From: Myxococcota bacterium
GTDB taxonomy: Bacteria > Myxococcota_A > UBA796 > CAJQPC01
NCBI GenBank assembly: GCA_036012755.1
Contig: DASCPX010000037.1
Location: 19,577-83,576, forward strand
Reading direction: 5' to 3'
Length of the DNA: 64,000 nucleotides
Shown here: piece after piece, positions 30,628-43,200 of the stretch
Numbering within the stretch: position 1 is the stretch's first letter
How the letters are laid out: the number at the start of each line of letters is the position of its first letter
Translations under genes and position numbers: made by a program
The notes under the pieces: generated by a model
What the model was told of the DNA's origin: nothing
Databases searched by the model: none
The model's input: the letters and a program-made list of their open reading frames with translations, nothing else

Positions 30628-32387
30628 GTCGTTCGTCTCCGTGCGAGCAAGGCACCTATCGCGATCGCGAGGAGGGATGAGTGCGTGGCCGGGACCGAGC
30701 AGCCCGTGCGGGGCTCCGCTTCGACGGCGGCGGCACGATCGCCGGTGTCGACCGCCTCCCGGTGCGTGTCGAAGACGAGCTCGCCGAAGACGTCTGCGAT
30801 TCCGACCTCCACGCCCTTGGACACGACGAGGATGTCCACGGTTCCGTCAGCGGGAAGTGAAGACAGCCCGAGCCTGAGCTCCGTCGCGGTCTCGTCGAGC
30901 ACGTCGATCTCCGCCAGGGCGCGGTCATCGCCGTAGAGCGCGAAGGCGCGGGTACCGGCCGCGAAGGCGCCGCCGAGGACCAGGTCGTCGGCGAGCTCGG
31001 CGTCGTCGATGCGCACGGGCAGGCGGGCGTCCGTGACGAGCACCCCCCGCTTCTTGACTCCCGTGTCGGCGAGGACGTCCCATGCGCCCACGGCGAGCTC
31101 GGAGGGGTCGATCCTCCAGGATCCATCTCGCTGATCGAGCAGGACGTCATCATGCCCGGGGCGGGTCAGGACCACCTCGGTCGCGTCCAGCGCCAGGCTC
31201 GAGTCCTCCTCCAGGACGCTGACGAGGAGGGTGTCGATCGACAGTCGCGCGGTGGCTGCGAGCCAGCCGTCGTCGGAGGTGCCGGGCTCGTAGCCGACGG
31301 CCTCGACCGTGAAGGGGCCGGCGTATCGATGCGCCCAGGTGCCGTCGATCGGGCTCGACCAGAAGGGGCTGGTGCCCTCCGCGCTCAGGCGGGCGGAGAC
31401 CGGGCGTCCGGTCTCGGCGTCGAGGACGATCCCCTCGCTGCCGAGCTCTGCTGTGACGAAGGCCTCGACCGCGGCCAGGTGGGCCTCGACGACTGACGTG
31501 GGGTCGGCCGGTGATTTTTCCACGCTCAGCTCGACGGTGTACTCCCACGCTCCGTGGCGGGCCAGGGACCAGTCGTTGCTGTCGCCGTAGGTGACGTACC
31601 AGTCGGCGCCGTTGACCAGGCTGAAGTCCTCGACCACGCAGGCGGCGGCGTAGACGGCGCCGAGGAGGATCAGCTCATCCTCTTCGGGGGCCGGGTCCCT
31701 CGTGTGGTTCCAGGGGTAGCCGATGTTCAGGGCGCCGGAGTGGAGGCTCAAGCCCATCACCGGCGGGTGGAAGCTCGCCAGCGTGCGGATCGACAGGGTC
31801 TCGGGCTCCGAGAAGGGCTCCGGTCCGGAGAACACGCTGTCGGCCCAGGCCTGGTCGTAGTTCCGGTTGAGGTCGACCTCGTTGGCGTTCTGACGCGAGC
31901 CAGCGGCGTAGCCGTCCGGGTTGACGATCGGTACGATCCAGAGCGACCGGCCTGGCACCTCCAAGCTCCGCGCGAGCTCCATGGCCAGCGCAACACCGGC
32001 GGTCTCGTCGCCGTGGTGGCCGCCCAGGATGCGGACACGTGGACCCGCACCCCGCTGCAGCGCGAGGATGTCCCGACCCTCCACCGACTCGCCGATGGCG
32101 ACGGCCCCGAGGGCTCTGAGCTCCGCCTCGAGCGAATCCAGTGTCGGCTCGCCGTCCCGCGCCGTCCTGCGGTGGTCCTCGCGGCGACTCCGTGTCTCGA
32201 ACTCGGCCTCGAGCGCATCCAGCGCTTCAGCGCGGCCCTGGACGAGGATCCAGTCGCCGTCGATGCCCTCCGCGAAGGCGGCGCCTCGGTCGTCGAGGTC
32301 GTCGGGGCTCGCGTACCGGACCTCCAGCTCACCGATCGGTTCGCCGATGGGCTCGGCGACGGCCTTCGCGAGCAGCAGGCACCACAC
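30612..32387 (-). CDS. M14 zinc carboxypeptidase with MYXO-CTERM-like anchor
   Basis: HGDE, NPDG, RQNANEVDLNRN, SLHSG, EYTVE; tail TGCSVPATHSSLLAIAIGALLARRR; GTG 32387 preferred over 32411. Confidence 0.85.
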   Translation of the reverse strand: MWCLLLAKAVAEPIGEPIGELEVRYASPDDLDDRGAAFAEGIDGDWILVQGRAEALDALEAEFETRSRREDHRRTARDGEPTLDSLEAELRALGAVAIGESVEGRDILALQRGAGPRVRILGGHHGDETAGVALAMELARSLEVPGRSLWIVPIVNPDGYAAGSRQNANEVDLNRNYDQAWADSVFSGPEPFSEPETLSIRTLASFHPPVMGLSLHSGALNIGYPWNHTRDPAPEEDELILLGAVYAAACVVEDFSLVNGADWYVTYGDSNDWSLARHGAWEYTVELSVEKSPADPTSVVEAHLAAVEAFVTAELGSEGIVLDAETGRPVSARLSAEGTSPFWSSPIDGTWAHRYAGPFTVEAVGYEPGTSDDGWLAATARLSIDTLLVSVLEEDSSLALDATEVVLTRPGHDDVLLDQRDGSWRIDPSELAVGAWDVLADTGVKKRGVLVTDARLPVRIDDAELADDLVLGGAFAAGTRAFALYGDDRALAEIDVLDETATELRLGLSSLPADGTVDILVVSKGVEVGIADVFGELVFDTHREAVDTGDRAAAVEAEPRTGCSVPATHSSLLAIAIGALLARRRTTCSCS

Positions 32388-32394
32388 GGTCCCA

Positions 32395-32411
32395 AGCCTA
32401 CCCGCTACCAT
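32395..32411. promoter_or_regulatory. Divergent -10 boxes (leaderless-type)
   Basis: - TAGGCT-TGGGACC-GTG(32387); + TACCAT 8 nt before ATG 32420. Confidence 0.55.
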
Positions 32412-32419
32412 CGGCCGCG

Positions 32420-33562
32420 ATGCGACAGCTGACCTTGCACCAGCCGATCGGCTCCGGAGCCTTCGGGACGGTCTACGCCGCCGAGCTCAGCGGCGAGCGC
32501 GGCATGCGCCGCAAGGTCGCGGTCAAGGTCATCAGCGGAGACCACGGCGAACAACGGGACGACTTCGTGAAGCGCGTCCGCGACGAGGCTCGCCTGCTCG
32601 GGCTCCTCCAGGACGAGTCCATCCTCGCCGTGCTCGACCTGCTGCAGCTGGAGGGGCGTGACTGCGTGGTGATGGAGTGGGTGGATGGTGTCGACCTCTC
32701 GAGGATCATCGCCGCTGGTTGGCGGATGCCGCCGCGGGCCCTGGCGAGCTTCGGCGCGACCGTCGCCGGCGCGCTTGGCAAGGCCCACACGGCTCGGCAC
32801 CCGGACACGGGCTGCTCGCTCGGTGTGATCCACCGGGACGTCAAGCCGGCGAACATCATGCTGACGGGGAGGGGACACATCAAGCTCCTCGACTTCGGCG
32901 TCGCCCGGGCGGCCTTCGACGCGCGCGAGGCGAGGACGGGGCGCATGGTCCTCGGCACCTTGCTGTACATGGCGCCCGAGTACATCCTGCGCGGGGAGCT
33001 CAGCACGGCCGTGGACATCTACGGTCTCGGGTTGACGCTGGGGGAGGCGGCGATCGGCCGCGAGTTCGGCAAGCCGAGCCTCGAGCGAGCCAAGATGGAG
33101 GGTCGCCTGCGCGCCTGGCTCGCGGAGCTGCCAGGAGACTACGGCCCGATGCGGGTCGCTTTGGAGCAGATGCTCGCCTGGGAGCCGGGGCAGCGGCCGG
33201 ACGGGGCCCACTGCGAGCAGATGCTCCTGGAGCTCGCCGACGCCTCGGCCGGCACGGGGCTCCAGCGCTGGTGCAGCAAGGTGGTTCCCACGGTCGACTC
33301 CGGCGAGCCAGAGGACGGCGAGGGTCTCGCCGGCCGCCGTTTCGACCTGGACTCGGGGTCGCACACGGCGCCAGAGGCCGAGATGACCGTCGGCCTGCCT
33401 CCTCCAGCGCCGGCCCCGACAGCGGAGCCAACCGGCTTCGAGCGCCAGGGCAGCAAGCCAGACAGTACCCTGGCGATGGTGATGAAGGGGCTCGCGCTGG
33501 GTGGCTGCCTGGGCTTGGTTGGGCTGTCCGTTCTCGTGGCGATTCTCTGGTATTTCCGATAG
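32420..33562 (+). CDS. Hanks-type Ser/Thr protein kinase with C-terminal TM
   Basis: GSGAFG, VAVK, HRDVKPAN, DFG, YMAPE; true start 32420. Confidence 0.92.
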   Translation: MRQLTLHQPIGSGAFGTVYAAELSGERGMRRKVAVKVISGDHGEQRDDFVKRVRDEARLLGLLQDESILAVLDLLQLEGRDCVVMEWVDGVDLSRIIAAGWRMPPRALASFGATVAGALGKAHTARHPDTGCSLGVIHRDVKPANIMLTGRGHIKLLDFGVARAAFDAREARTGRMVLGTLLYMAPEYILRGELSTAVDIYGLGLTLGEAAIGREFGKPSLERAKMEGRLRAWLAELPGDYGPMRVALEQMLAWEPGQRPDGAHCEQMLLELADASAGTGLQRWCSKVVPTVDSGEPEDGEGLAGRRFDLDSGSHTAPEAEMTVGLPPPAPAPTAEPTGFERQGSKPDSTLAMVMKGLALGGCLGLVGLSVLVAILWYFR

Positions 33563-33602
33563 ACTGGACTGAGATCTCTCGTCCTTTCAATCGGGTTGAG
33601 TC

Positions 33603-34868
33603 TTGACGGACCCACAGCACGTCCAGCGGAGAGTGGTGGTCCGCGCGCGCATGCTCGCGACCAGCTTCGTCGTCACCCTGGGTCTCGGCGGCGCCATCTT
33701 GTGGGCCGATTCCGGGCCCGAGACGCCGGCGGTCGTCCCAGAGGTCGTGGTCACGGAGCCGGAGCCCCCTCGCTTCTCCGAAGTCAGCCACGCCATCCGG
33801 CGCGGGGACACGCTCGGCGCCATCGTCGCCGAGCACGGCGTGAGTGACGTCGACGCGGTCGTGGTCGCCGCTTCGAGCTTCACCGACCTGACGAACATCC
33901 GGGCCGGGCGCGACCTCGTCTTCGTCTACGAGCGGGACACGCCGGCTGCCATCGCGCTGCGCTACGCACTGGACGAGGACAACACTCTGGTGGTCCATCT
34001 CGGCGAGGTGCTGGAGGCCGAGCTCATGACCGTCGAGTACGACGAGGAGCTCGGCGTCCGCACCCTTGAGGTCGAGGGCAGCCTCTGGGCGGCGGCGACG
34101 GAGGCTGGCCTTCGACCCGCGGACATCGTGCGGCTCGCCGAGGTCTTCCAGTGGGAGGTCGACTTCAACACCGAGCTCCGCGCTGGCGCTCGCTTCACCC
34201 TGGTCGGCGAGGAGCTCCACCGCGACGGCGAGTTCGCCAAGCTCGGCGATCTGAACGCTGTTCGCCTTGACAACGACGGCAAGGTCTACACGGCCTTCTT
34301 CTACGAGAAGAAAGACGGCGAGACCGGGTGGTTCCAGGCTGACGGCACAGCTAGCAAGCGACCTTTTTTGCGCTCACCGCTGGAGTTCTCCCGGGTGACG
34401 TCGAGCTTCGACCTGAAGCGCTTCCACCCGGTGCTCAAGAAGGGACGGCCCCACTACGGGACCGACTTCGGCGCGGCCAGCGGCACGCCGGTTCGGGCCA
34501 CCGGCAAGGGCACCGTCGTGTACGCCGGGAGCAACGGTGGCCACGGCAAGTACGTGAAGCTCGACCACGCCGGGCCGTACACGACCAGCTACAGCCACCT
34601 CTCGAAGATCGCGGTCGCCAACAACAGCCGAGTCGAGCAGGGACAGGTCATCGGCTACGTCGGCTCGACGGGTCTGTCGACGGGACCCCACCTGCACTAC
34701 GAGTTCCGCCTCGACGGCAAGCCCGTGGACGCGATGAAGGTCGACCTCCCGAGCGTCGAGCCCCTGCCCGAGTCCGAGCGGCCTCGCTTCGACATCGTGG
34801 TCGAGCACTGGACCCCCTTCCTCGACGGCGGCCGCGACACGGGCGTAGCCCTCGCCGAGGGAGACTGA
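33603..34868 (+). CDS. M23 peptidoglycan endopeptidase (MepM/Csd3-like) with LysM-like segment
   Basis: IRRGDTL; HYGTDF (HxxxD), YSHL, HLHYE (HxH). Confidence 0.9.
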   Translation: MTDPQHVQRRVVVRARMLATSFVVTLGLGGAILWADSGPETPAVVPEVVVTEPEPPRFSEVSHAIRRGDTLGAIVAEHGVSDVDAVVVAASSFTDLTNIRAGRDLVFVYERDTPAAIALRYALDEDNTLVVHLGEVLEAELMTVEYDEELGVRTLEVEGSLWAAATEAGLRPADIVRLAEVFQWEVDFNTELRAGARFTLVGEELHRDGEFAKLGDLNAVRLDNDGKVYTAFFYEKKDGETGWFQADGTASKRPFLRSPLEFSRVTSSFDLKRFHPVLKKGRPHYGTDFGAASGTPVRATGKGTVVYAGSNGGHGKYVKLDHAGPYTTSYSHLSKIAVANNSRVEQGQVIGYVGSTGLSTGPHLHYEFRLDGKPVDAMKVDLPSVEPLPESERPRFDIVVEHWTPFLDGGRDTGVALAEGD

Positions 34869-34869
34869 T

Positions 34870-35418
34870 TCACTCGTCGATGGGCGTCATCCAGACCTCA
34901 GACGCGAGGAGCCCCAAGGACGCCAGGGCGAGGTCGTAGCGGTCGTCGATCTCCTCGTCGAAGACGATGGCCGCCTTCGGGTCTGTGTAGAGCCAGCTGC
35001 CGATCTCGATCTCGTGGTCGAGCTGGCCGGGGGCCCAGCCCGCGTAGCCGAGGCAGAGGCGGTACTCGCCGCCGCTCCGGAGCAGGTGCTCGAGGCGCTC
35101 CTGGCTCGTCGTCACCGCGATCTTGTTCTCGACGTTCCAGCCCTCCTCTTCCGGGATCTCGCCCTTGAAGAGCAGGAAGCCAGCGCCCGGCTCGACCGGG
35201 CCGCCCCAGAGGACACGGTCGGGGAGCTCGGGCATGGCGATGTCGCCCTCTTCGATGGAGAGCTGCCGGCCGACCTCTCCGATGGCGATGGCCATCGAGC
35301 GGTTGATCACCACTCCCATGGCGCCGTCATCTGCGTAGTGCCAGAGCAGGACCACCGTGCCCGCGAAGTTGGGATCCCGCATCTGCGGGCTCGCGATCAG
35401 GAGGCCGGGTCGGTTCAA
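34870..35418 (-). CDS. YqgE/AlgH (UPF0301) family protein
   Basis: LLIASPQMRDPNF, GAMGVVINR, GGPV, GYAGWAPGQLDHEI. Confidence 0.9.
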   Translation of the reverse strand: MNRPGLLIASPQMRDPNFAGTVVLLWHYADDGAMGVVINRSMAIAIGEVGRQLSIEEGDIAMPELPDRVLWGGPVEPGAGFLLFKGEIPEEEGWNVENKIAVTTSQERLEHLLRSGGEYRLCLGYAGWAPGQLDHEIEIGSWLYTDPKAAIVFDEEIDDRYDLALASLGLLASEVWMTPIDE

Positions 35419-35419
35419 G

Positions 35420-36679
<1,260 letters not shown>

Positions 36680-36813
36680 CCAGTCCTCGTCGATCCCGTG
36701 TGGATCTCGATCGATCTTATCCACCGTCCGGAGACACCGTCAATCATCGGTCCCGCTGATTCGAACCTGAAGGAAACGAAGGGTCGATCCACGCCGGGAG
36801 AAGTCCCTCCCGC

Positions 36814-36819
36814 TATGAT
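36814..36819 (+). promoter_or_regulatory. -10 box of near-leaderless DnaJ-like transcript
   Basis: TATGAT 8 nt before ATG 36828; no SD. Confidence 0.55.
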
Positions 36820-36827
36820 GCGCCAGC

Positions 36828-37898
36828 ATGGCGGGCGACTTCTATCAGGTGCTCGGCGTTCCCACGGACGCGACGATGCAGGAGATCAAGAAGGCCTACC
36901 GGCGTCTCGCCCGTGAGCTTCATCCCGATGTCGTCGGCACGGACACGGAAAAGGTCGAGCGTTTTCAGCAGGTCGCGGAGGCCTACGAGATCCTCTCCGA
37001 CCCGACAGCGAGGGGTCGCTACGACCGTAGCTTCATGCGCAGGACGCCCGGCCGCATGGCTGGAGGCTTCCACTACTGGTCCGGAGATCCCAAGCCAGAT
37101 CCGAACTCGACTGGATTGGGAAGCGATCCGGCCAACGATCTCGGCCTCGACGACATCTTCGGCGAGGCCGACTTCGGCTTCGGGGGACGGCGACCGCGCT
37201 CGTCGAAGACGACTCTCAGCAAGGATCGAGCGCCGGAGCCGCGGGGCACTGGGCGACCCTCTCCTCCTCCTCCCCCTCCACCGCGCGCCTCGGCCAAGGC
37301 CGGGACCGACGTCTCCATGGCTGTCGACGTACCTCGGGAGATCGCGGCCAAGGGCGGCACGGTGACCCTCACCTACACCCGACTCGTGCTCACAGAGGAC
37401 CGTCGTGGAGTCGTCGAGTACGACGAGATCCATGACCTGAAGGTCCCGCCAGGGATCGGGCATGGTCAGACCCTGCGCGTTCCGAAGTACGGCCACGCCG
37501 GGGAAGGAGGCGGCGCCTACGGCGATCTCGTCTGCGACATCAGGCTGGTGGGCCCGGAGCCGGCGGACAGCCGGCAGTCGCCTCCGTCGGCCGGCACGAC
37601 CACCTCCTCGTCGGCGGATCCGAACGTACGCATCCTGCCCATCAGCGTGCACGAGGCCCTGCTCGGCGGGCGCGTGCCCGTCCAGACCTACCGCGGGGAG
37701 GTGCTGCTGACGCTCCCGCCCTGTACCTCTGGCGGAGTCCGCTTCCGCCTGCGCGGCAAGGGCGAACCGACCGGCTCCGGGGCCCCGACTGACCTCGTGG
37801 TCCAGCTGAAGATCGTGACGCCGCCGCTGTTGGACGACGACGCCAAGGCCGCAGCCGAAGCCCTGGCCGGCCTCGTTCCCTACGATCCCCGCGAGTGA
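36828..37898 (+). CDS. DnaJ-class co-chaperone (CbpA-like, no zinc finger)
   Basis: J domain with HPD and AYEILSD; two C-terminal substrate-binding repeats. Confidence 0.88.
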   Translation: MAGDFYQVLGVPTDATMQEIKKAYRRLARELHPDVVGTDTEKVERFQQVAEAYEILSDPTARGRYDRSFMRRTPGRMAGGFHYWSGDPKPDPNSTGLGSDPANDLGLDDIFGEADFGFGGRRPRSSKTTLSKDRAPEPRGTGRPSPPPPPPPRASAKAGTDVSMAVDVPREIAAKGGTVTLTYTRLVLTEDRRGVVEYDEIHDLKVPPGIGHGQTLRVPKYGHAGEGGGAYGDLVCDIRLVGPEPADSRQSPPSAGTTTSSSADPNVRILPISVHEALLGGRVPVQTYRGEVLLTLPPCTSGGVRFRLRGKGEPTGSGAPTDLVVQLKIVTPPLLDDDAKAAAEALAGLVPYDPRE

Positions 37899-37908
37899 TC
37901 CGCCGGGC

Positions 37909-40197
37909 TCATTGATCGACCTGGGCCAGCGCCAGGGCCTCGTCGACCGTCTGGACGAAGTGGAGCTCCAGCGCGCTTCGCAGGGTGCTCGGCAGTCCCT
38001 CGACGTCCCTCTGGTTTCCAGCGGGGAGGACGACCGCCGCGAGCCCGGCGCGGCGGGCTGCCAGGAGCTTCTCCTTGACGCCGCCGACCGGGAGGACCTG
38101 GCCCCGCAGTGTGATCTCTCCGGTGAAGGCGAGGCCCTCACGGGCTGGCTTGCCGCTCAGGAGCGAAGCCAGGGCGACCAGGGTCGTGAGACCCGCCGAG
38201 GGGCCGTCCTTTCGGACTCCCGCGACGGGCAGGTGGACGTGGAAGTCGCTGTCCACGAAGACCGATGAGTGCGCATGGCGGCTCCGGAGGAGTGAGAGCG
38301 CTGCGCTGACCGACTCGCGCAGGGACTCCCCGAGGCTTCCCGTGAGCTCGATCCGGCCCTGTCCGTCGTCGAAGCGGAGCGCCTCGACGAGGAGCACCTC
38401 GCCGCCATCGGCCGTCCAGGCGAGACCGAGGGCGGCGCCTGGTCGGCCGGCGTGTTGGACCAGCTGGGGCCGCGGCGGAGGCGGGCCGAGCAGCTTCTCC
38501 AGGTGCTTCTCGCGGATCACGAGGGTGCGCGTCCTGCCCTCGACCCACTGCAGCGCCATCGCCCGGAACACGCGCTGCAGGGCGCGCTCGAGGCCGCGGA
38601 CACCGGGCTCCAGGGTCCAGCGGCGGACGAGCGCGCTCAGCGCCTCCGTGGACAACCGGATGTGGGACTCGTCGAGCCCGTGGGTGGCGTGGAGGTCGGG
38701 GAGCAGGTGACGCCTGGCGATCTGGATCTTCTCCTCCTCGACGTAGCCGGGCAGCGAGACGACCTCGAGGCGATTCAGGAGCGCCGAGGGGATGTCGTCC
38801 GCGACGTTCGCCGTCGCGATGAACAGCACCTGGGAGAGATCGAAGGGCGCATCGAGGTAGTGGTCCGTGAAGTCGTGGTTCTGGCCCGGGTCGAGGACCT
38901 CGAGGAGCGCAGAGGCCGGATCGCCTGTCCCGGCACCCAGCTTGTCGAGCTCGTCGAGCAGCAGGACGGGGTTTCTCGTCCGCGCTCGCCGGACCGCCTG
39001 CAGGATCCGTCCGGGCATCGCACCGGTGTAGGTGCGCCGGTGACCCCGAATCTCGGACTCGTCCTTGACGCCGCCCAGCGACACGGCCTGGAAGGAGCGC
39101 CCGAGCGCCTGGGCCACCGTACGGGCGAGAGAGGTCTTTCCGGTCCCCGGCGGGCCCGCGAAGCAGAGGATCAGGCCGCGCGCGTGGGGGTTGAGCTTGC
39201 GCACGGCGAGGTACTCCAGCATGCGCTGCTTGGCCTCCGCCAGGCCGAAGTGGTCGCGGTCGAAGATCTCCCTGGCGCGCTCGAGGGACTCGTCGTCCAC
39301 TGTCGTCACGTTCCAGGGCATCTCCCCCAGGAGCTCCAGCCAGCTGCGCACCACCGAGGTCTCTGCGGCGTCGGCGCCCATGCGGCGGATGCGGTCCAGC
39401 TCCCGGAGGGCCTCTGCGAGCACCGTCTGGGGCATGCCCGTCGACACCAGTCGCTGCTCCAGGCGGGAGAGCTCGTCGCTGGCCTGCTCGCCGAGCTCTT
39501 CGCGGCAGATGCGGATCTGCTCTCTGAGGAAGTACTCGCGCTGGGAGCGATCGATGGCCTCGCGCACCTGTCCGTGGATGCGGTTCGACAGGCTCACGAG
39601 CTCCGCGGCCTTGGCCGCTTCCATGACGAGGAGCTCGAGGCGGCTCGCGACGCTCGGCTCTGCGAGCAGCGCCTGCTGGAGCTCCACCGGGAGCTGAAGC
39701 ATGCCAGCGGCGTAGTCCGCGAGGCGCGCGGGACCTTCTGAAGAGTGAGGTGGCGCCTGGCCGAGCTCGGGAGGACGACGCAGGTCGCGCGCGAGCAGCT
39801 CGGTGAGGTACTCCCGGAGCTTGTCGTGCCGCACCTCGAGCGTCGCCGGGTCGTCGTCGAGCTCGTCGAAGGCGGTGACCGTGGCGGTCCAGTGCTGCTC
39901 GCCTGGCGTGAGTCCGCCGAGGTGGCAGCGCGCGTGGGCCTCGACGAGCGCGCGCGCTGAGCCGTCCCCCATCGCGAGGGTCCTCAGGACCCGTCCCCTG
40001 CAGGCCACCGGGTGGAGATCCTCCAGCGAGCAGGGCTCGACGACTCCGGGGCGGACAGTCGCCAGGACGAGGTCCACGCCTCGCTCGAGGTGCTCGGCCA
40101 CGGCGTTGAGGGCTCGGGGTCCGTCCAAGGCGACCGGTGTCAGCGCGCCAGGGAAGGGGACCAGCCCACGCAGGGCCACCAGGGGCAGGTCGGGCAT
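37909..40197 (-). CDS. lon: Lon protease
   Basis: LON N domain, GPPGTGKT, GHRRTYTGAMPG, LLDELDK, KDGPSAG (Ser), GGVKEK (Lys); ATG 40197 preferred start. Confidence 0.93.
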   Translation of the reverse strand: MPDLPLVALRGLVPFPGALTPVALDGPRALNAVAEHLERGVDLVLATVRPGVVEPCSLEDLHPVACRGRVLRTLAMGDGSARALVEAHARCHLGGLTPGEQHWTATVTAFDELDDDPATLEVRHDKLREYLTELLARDLRRPPELGQAPPHSSEGPARLADYAAGMLQLPVELQQALLAEPSVASRLELLVMEAAKAAELVSLSNRIHGQVREAIDRSQREYFLREQIRICREELGEQASDELSRLEQRLVSTGMPQTVLAEALRELDRIRRMGADAAETSVVRSWLELLGEMPWNVTTVDDESLERAREIFDRDHFGLAEAKQRMLEYLAVRKLNPHARGLILCFAGPPGTGKTSLARTVAQALGRSFQAVSLGGVKDESEIRGHRRTYTGAMPGRILQAVRRARTRNPVLLLDELDKLGAGTGDPASALLEVLDPGQNHDFTDHYLDAPFDLSQVLFIATANVADDIPSALLNRLEVVSLPGYVEEEKIQIARRHLLPDLHATHGLDESHIRLSTEALSALVRRWTLEPGVRGLERALQRVFRAMALQWVEGRTRTLVIREKHLEKLLGPPPPRPQLVQHAGRPGAALGLAWTADGGEVLLVEALRFDDGQGRIELTGSLGESLRESVSAALSLLRSRHAHSSVFVDSDFHVHLPVAGVRKDGPSAGLTTLVALASLLSGKPAREGLAFTGEITLRGQVLPVGGVKEKLLAARRAGLAAVVLPAGNQRDVEGLPSTLRSALELHFVQTVDEALALAQVDQ

Positions 40198-40207
40198 TCC
40201 GGGCGGG

Positions 40208-40217
40208 AGTGTACTCT
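40208..40217. promoter_or_regulatory. Symmetric bidirectional -10 element (AGTGTACTCT)
   Basis: - TACACT 10 nt before lon ATG; + TACTCT 9 nt before ATG 40227; shared TA. Confidence 0.55.
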
Positions 40218-40226
40218 GCGTGCCGC

Positions 40227-43200
40227 ATGGACCTCCCCGCGCCATTTGGCAAGTACCAACTCCTCGAGCGCATCGCGACGGGGGGAATGGCGGAGGTGTT
40301 CCTGGCCCGGAGCTTCGGGGTGGAGGGCTTCGAGAAGCGCCTGGTCATCAAGCGCATCCTCCCCCAGCTGGCGCACTCGCAGCACTTCGTCCAGATGTTC
40401 ATCCGCGAGGCGAAGATCTCGGCGCTCTTGAGCCACCCGAACATCGTGTCGGTCTACGAGCTGGGAAAGGTCGGCCAGGATCACTACATCGCCATGGAGC
40501 TGATCCACGGGCGGGACCTGACGCGCTCCGTCCGTCGTCGTCGGGCGATGGGCCTCGCCTTGCCACTGCCCGTCGCCGTCTACGTCACTGCGGGCCTGGC
40601 CAGGGGCCTGGCATACGCCCACTCCCGCGTCGACGCCGAGGGAAACCCCGCGCCCATCGTTCATCGGGACGTGTCGCCCCACAACGTGCTGCTCAGTTTC
40701 CAGGGTGAGGTGAAGCTGGCCGACTTCGGCATCGCTCGCATGTTGAACGAGCTCGAGCGGGAGCCCACGGGTCAACCCGGGGGCGGCAAGTTCGCCTACA
40801 TGAGCCCCGAGCAGGCGCGGGGTGAGCGCATCGACCAGCGAAGCGACATCTTCAGCTGCGGCATCGTGCTCTACGAGCTGCTCGTCAACCACCGGCTCTT
40901 CCAGGACCCCGATCCGCAGGAGAAGCTGCGGCAGGTTCGCGAGGCCATCGTCCCCGACCCGCGCGAGGAGGTCCCGGCCATCCCCGACCGGCTCTGGGAC
41001 ATCCTCCAGGTGGCGCTCTCCCGCGACCCGGGCGACCGGTACGCCGACGCCGGGCTGCTCGAAGAGGACCTCCGCGCTTTCCTCTTCGAGGCTGGGCATC
41101 GGATCGACGACGCCAGCCTGGGCTCCTTCCTGCGGGAGCTCTTCGAGGACGAGCTCGGGCCGGACCCTTCGGCTGCGCTGCTCCAGAACCTCGCTCACGA
41201 GCTCACCCGGCTCGAGGAGTCGATGGACCAGACGCGGAGCGACGCGACCTCGACCGCGTCGTCGGCGCCATCGGAGCCTGGCGCCAGGCGGCCAATCGGC
41301 GAGAAGAAGAGCGTCGCCGTGCTCGTGGCAGAGGTCGTCGGTCTCACCGATGCCAGCGAGGTCATCGAGCCAGAGGAGGTCCTGCGTCAGCAGGAGACCG
41401 TCAACCGGGCCCTCGCGCGGGTCGCCGGGCGCTTTCACGGCTGGCTCGACGCGCCCAGCCACGACACGATCACCATGCTCTTCGGCATCCCACGGGCCTT
41501 CGAGGACGACCTCGACCGCGCCCTGGCTTGCTCGCTGGAGCTCTTGCGCGCGGTGCGAAAGCTGCGGAAGAAGGGTCAGCCCGTGGAGCTCGCCGTAGGC
41601 CTCCATCGGGGCGAGGTCGCCCTGAGCGGCACGCCGGACGACATGTCCTACGTTCCTCGCGGAAACGTCGTCAAGCTCGCACGCCGCCTCGCTGCCCTGG
41701 CGGATCCTGGCGAGATCAGGGTCTCCGATCTCGTGGCTTCCCTGGGCGGCGACCGCTGGCGCTTCAACCTCGGGCCTCGCATCCGCATGAAGGGGCGCAG
41801 AAAGGACCTCTCCACCTTCGTGCTCGCGGGGCGTCGGCGCAAGGTCCGCGGCGGACCCGGTGGACGGTGGATCCGGCGGGCCGGAGAGCTGGAGGTGCTC
41901 GCCAGCGCCATCACCGGACTCGCAGAGGGTCGGGGTGGCGTCCTCGCCATCTCCGGCGAGGCTGGGAGCGGAAAGACACGGCTCGTACGAGAGCTGCGCG
42001 AGCAGGCGGCTCGGGGGCGGGTCCCCTGCTACGTCGCTCGCTGCTACCCCTACGGGAACGAGCACCCCCTGGCTGCCCTCCGCGACGTCGTCGCCGCGGT
42101 GCTCGGGATCGAGGACGACGACCCCCCAGAGGTCATCCGCCAGCGCCTCGCCCGGCTGTCGGAGCTCAGCGTGGACGAGCCCGACATTGCCACCATCGGC
42201 GACTTCTTCGCCCTGGGGTCCCAGCGGCGCGCCCAGCCGACCAAAGAGGACATCTACGGCGCTGGTTCGGCCTTCGTGAAGGGGCTCGCCCGCAGTCGGC
42301 CCACGCTGACGGTGGTGGAGGACCTCCAGTACATGCCGGTCTTCGAGCGACAGCTCCTGGGCCATCTCGTCCGCGCCTCCGCCGGCTCGCGCCTGCTGTG
42401 GATCCTGACCTGGCGTGGCCGCAAGCCGCCGTCCGAGCTGCCGCGACCCTCAGAGGAGATCCGCCTCGGCCCGCTGGACGACGAAGCCCGCAGCCAACTC
42501 GCCGCCGACATCCTGGCGGTCCGCGCGATCGGTCCCGACCTGGTGGACTTCGTGGACCGCCACGCGACCAAGAACCCGCTGTATGTCGTGGAGGTCGTCA
42601 AGTCGCTCCAGCAGAAGGGTGGCATCAAGATCGAGGGTCGCAAGGCGCGCCTGAGCGACCCCACCGGCGGAGAGGTCCTCTTGCCGCCTACCCTGGAGGG
42701 GCTGGTGAGCTCCCGGGTCGACGATCTCGACCCCGCAGCGAAGGGCGCCCTGCAGATCGCTGCGACCATCGGGCTGTCGTTCTCGCCTACGCTGGTGGCG
42801 GAGGCCGCGGGGCTCGAGGACGCCGCGCCGTTGTTCCGGGATCTCGTGGACGCTGGCCTCATCGTGCCAGAGGGCGGCGAGGAACGCCGCCACACCTTCG
42901 CCTCCCACCTCGTCTGGCAGGTCGTCCGGCGCTCGATCCTGGGCGTCCAGCTGCGAGATCATCACCGCCTCGTCGCGGAGGGCATGGAGCGCCTCTTCGC
43001 CGATCACCTCGAGCCGCACTACGACGCCCTCGCCAGCCACTGTGCCGCCGCCGGACGCCTGGTGGACGCGGCCCGCTTCGTGAACCTGGCGGGAGACAAG
43101 CACCGGACGGGAGCCTTCCTGGAGCGTGCGCTGGCCTGCTACGAGCGAGGTGTCGCCTGGCTGGAGATGGCCGAGGGCAAAGACGGCGGCGGCTCGCTCA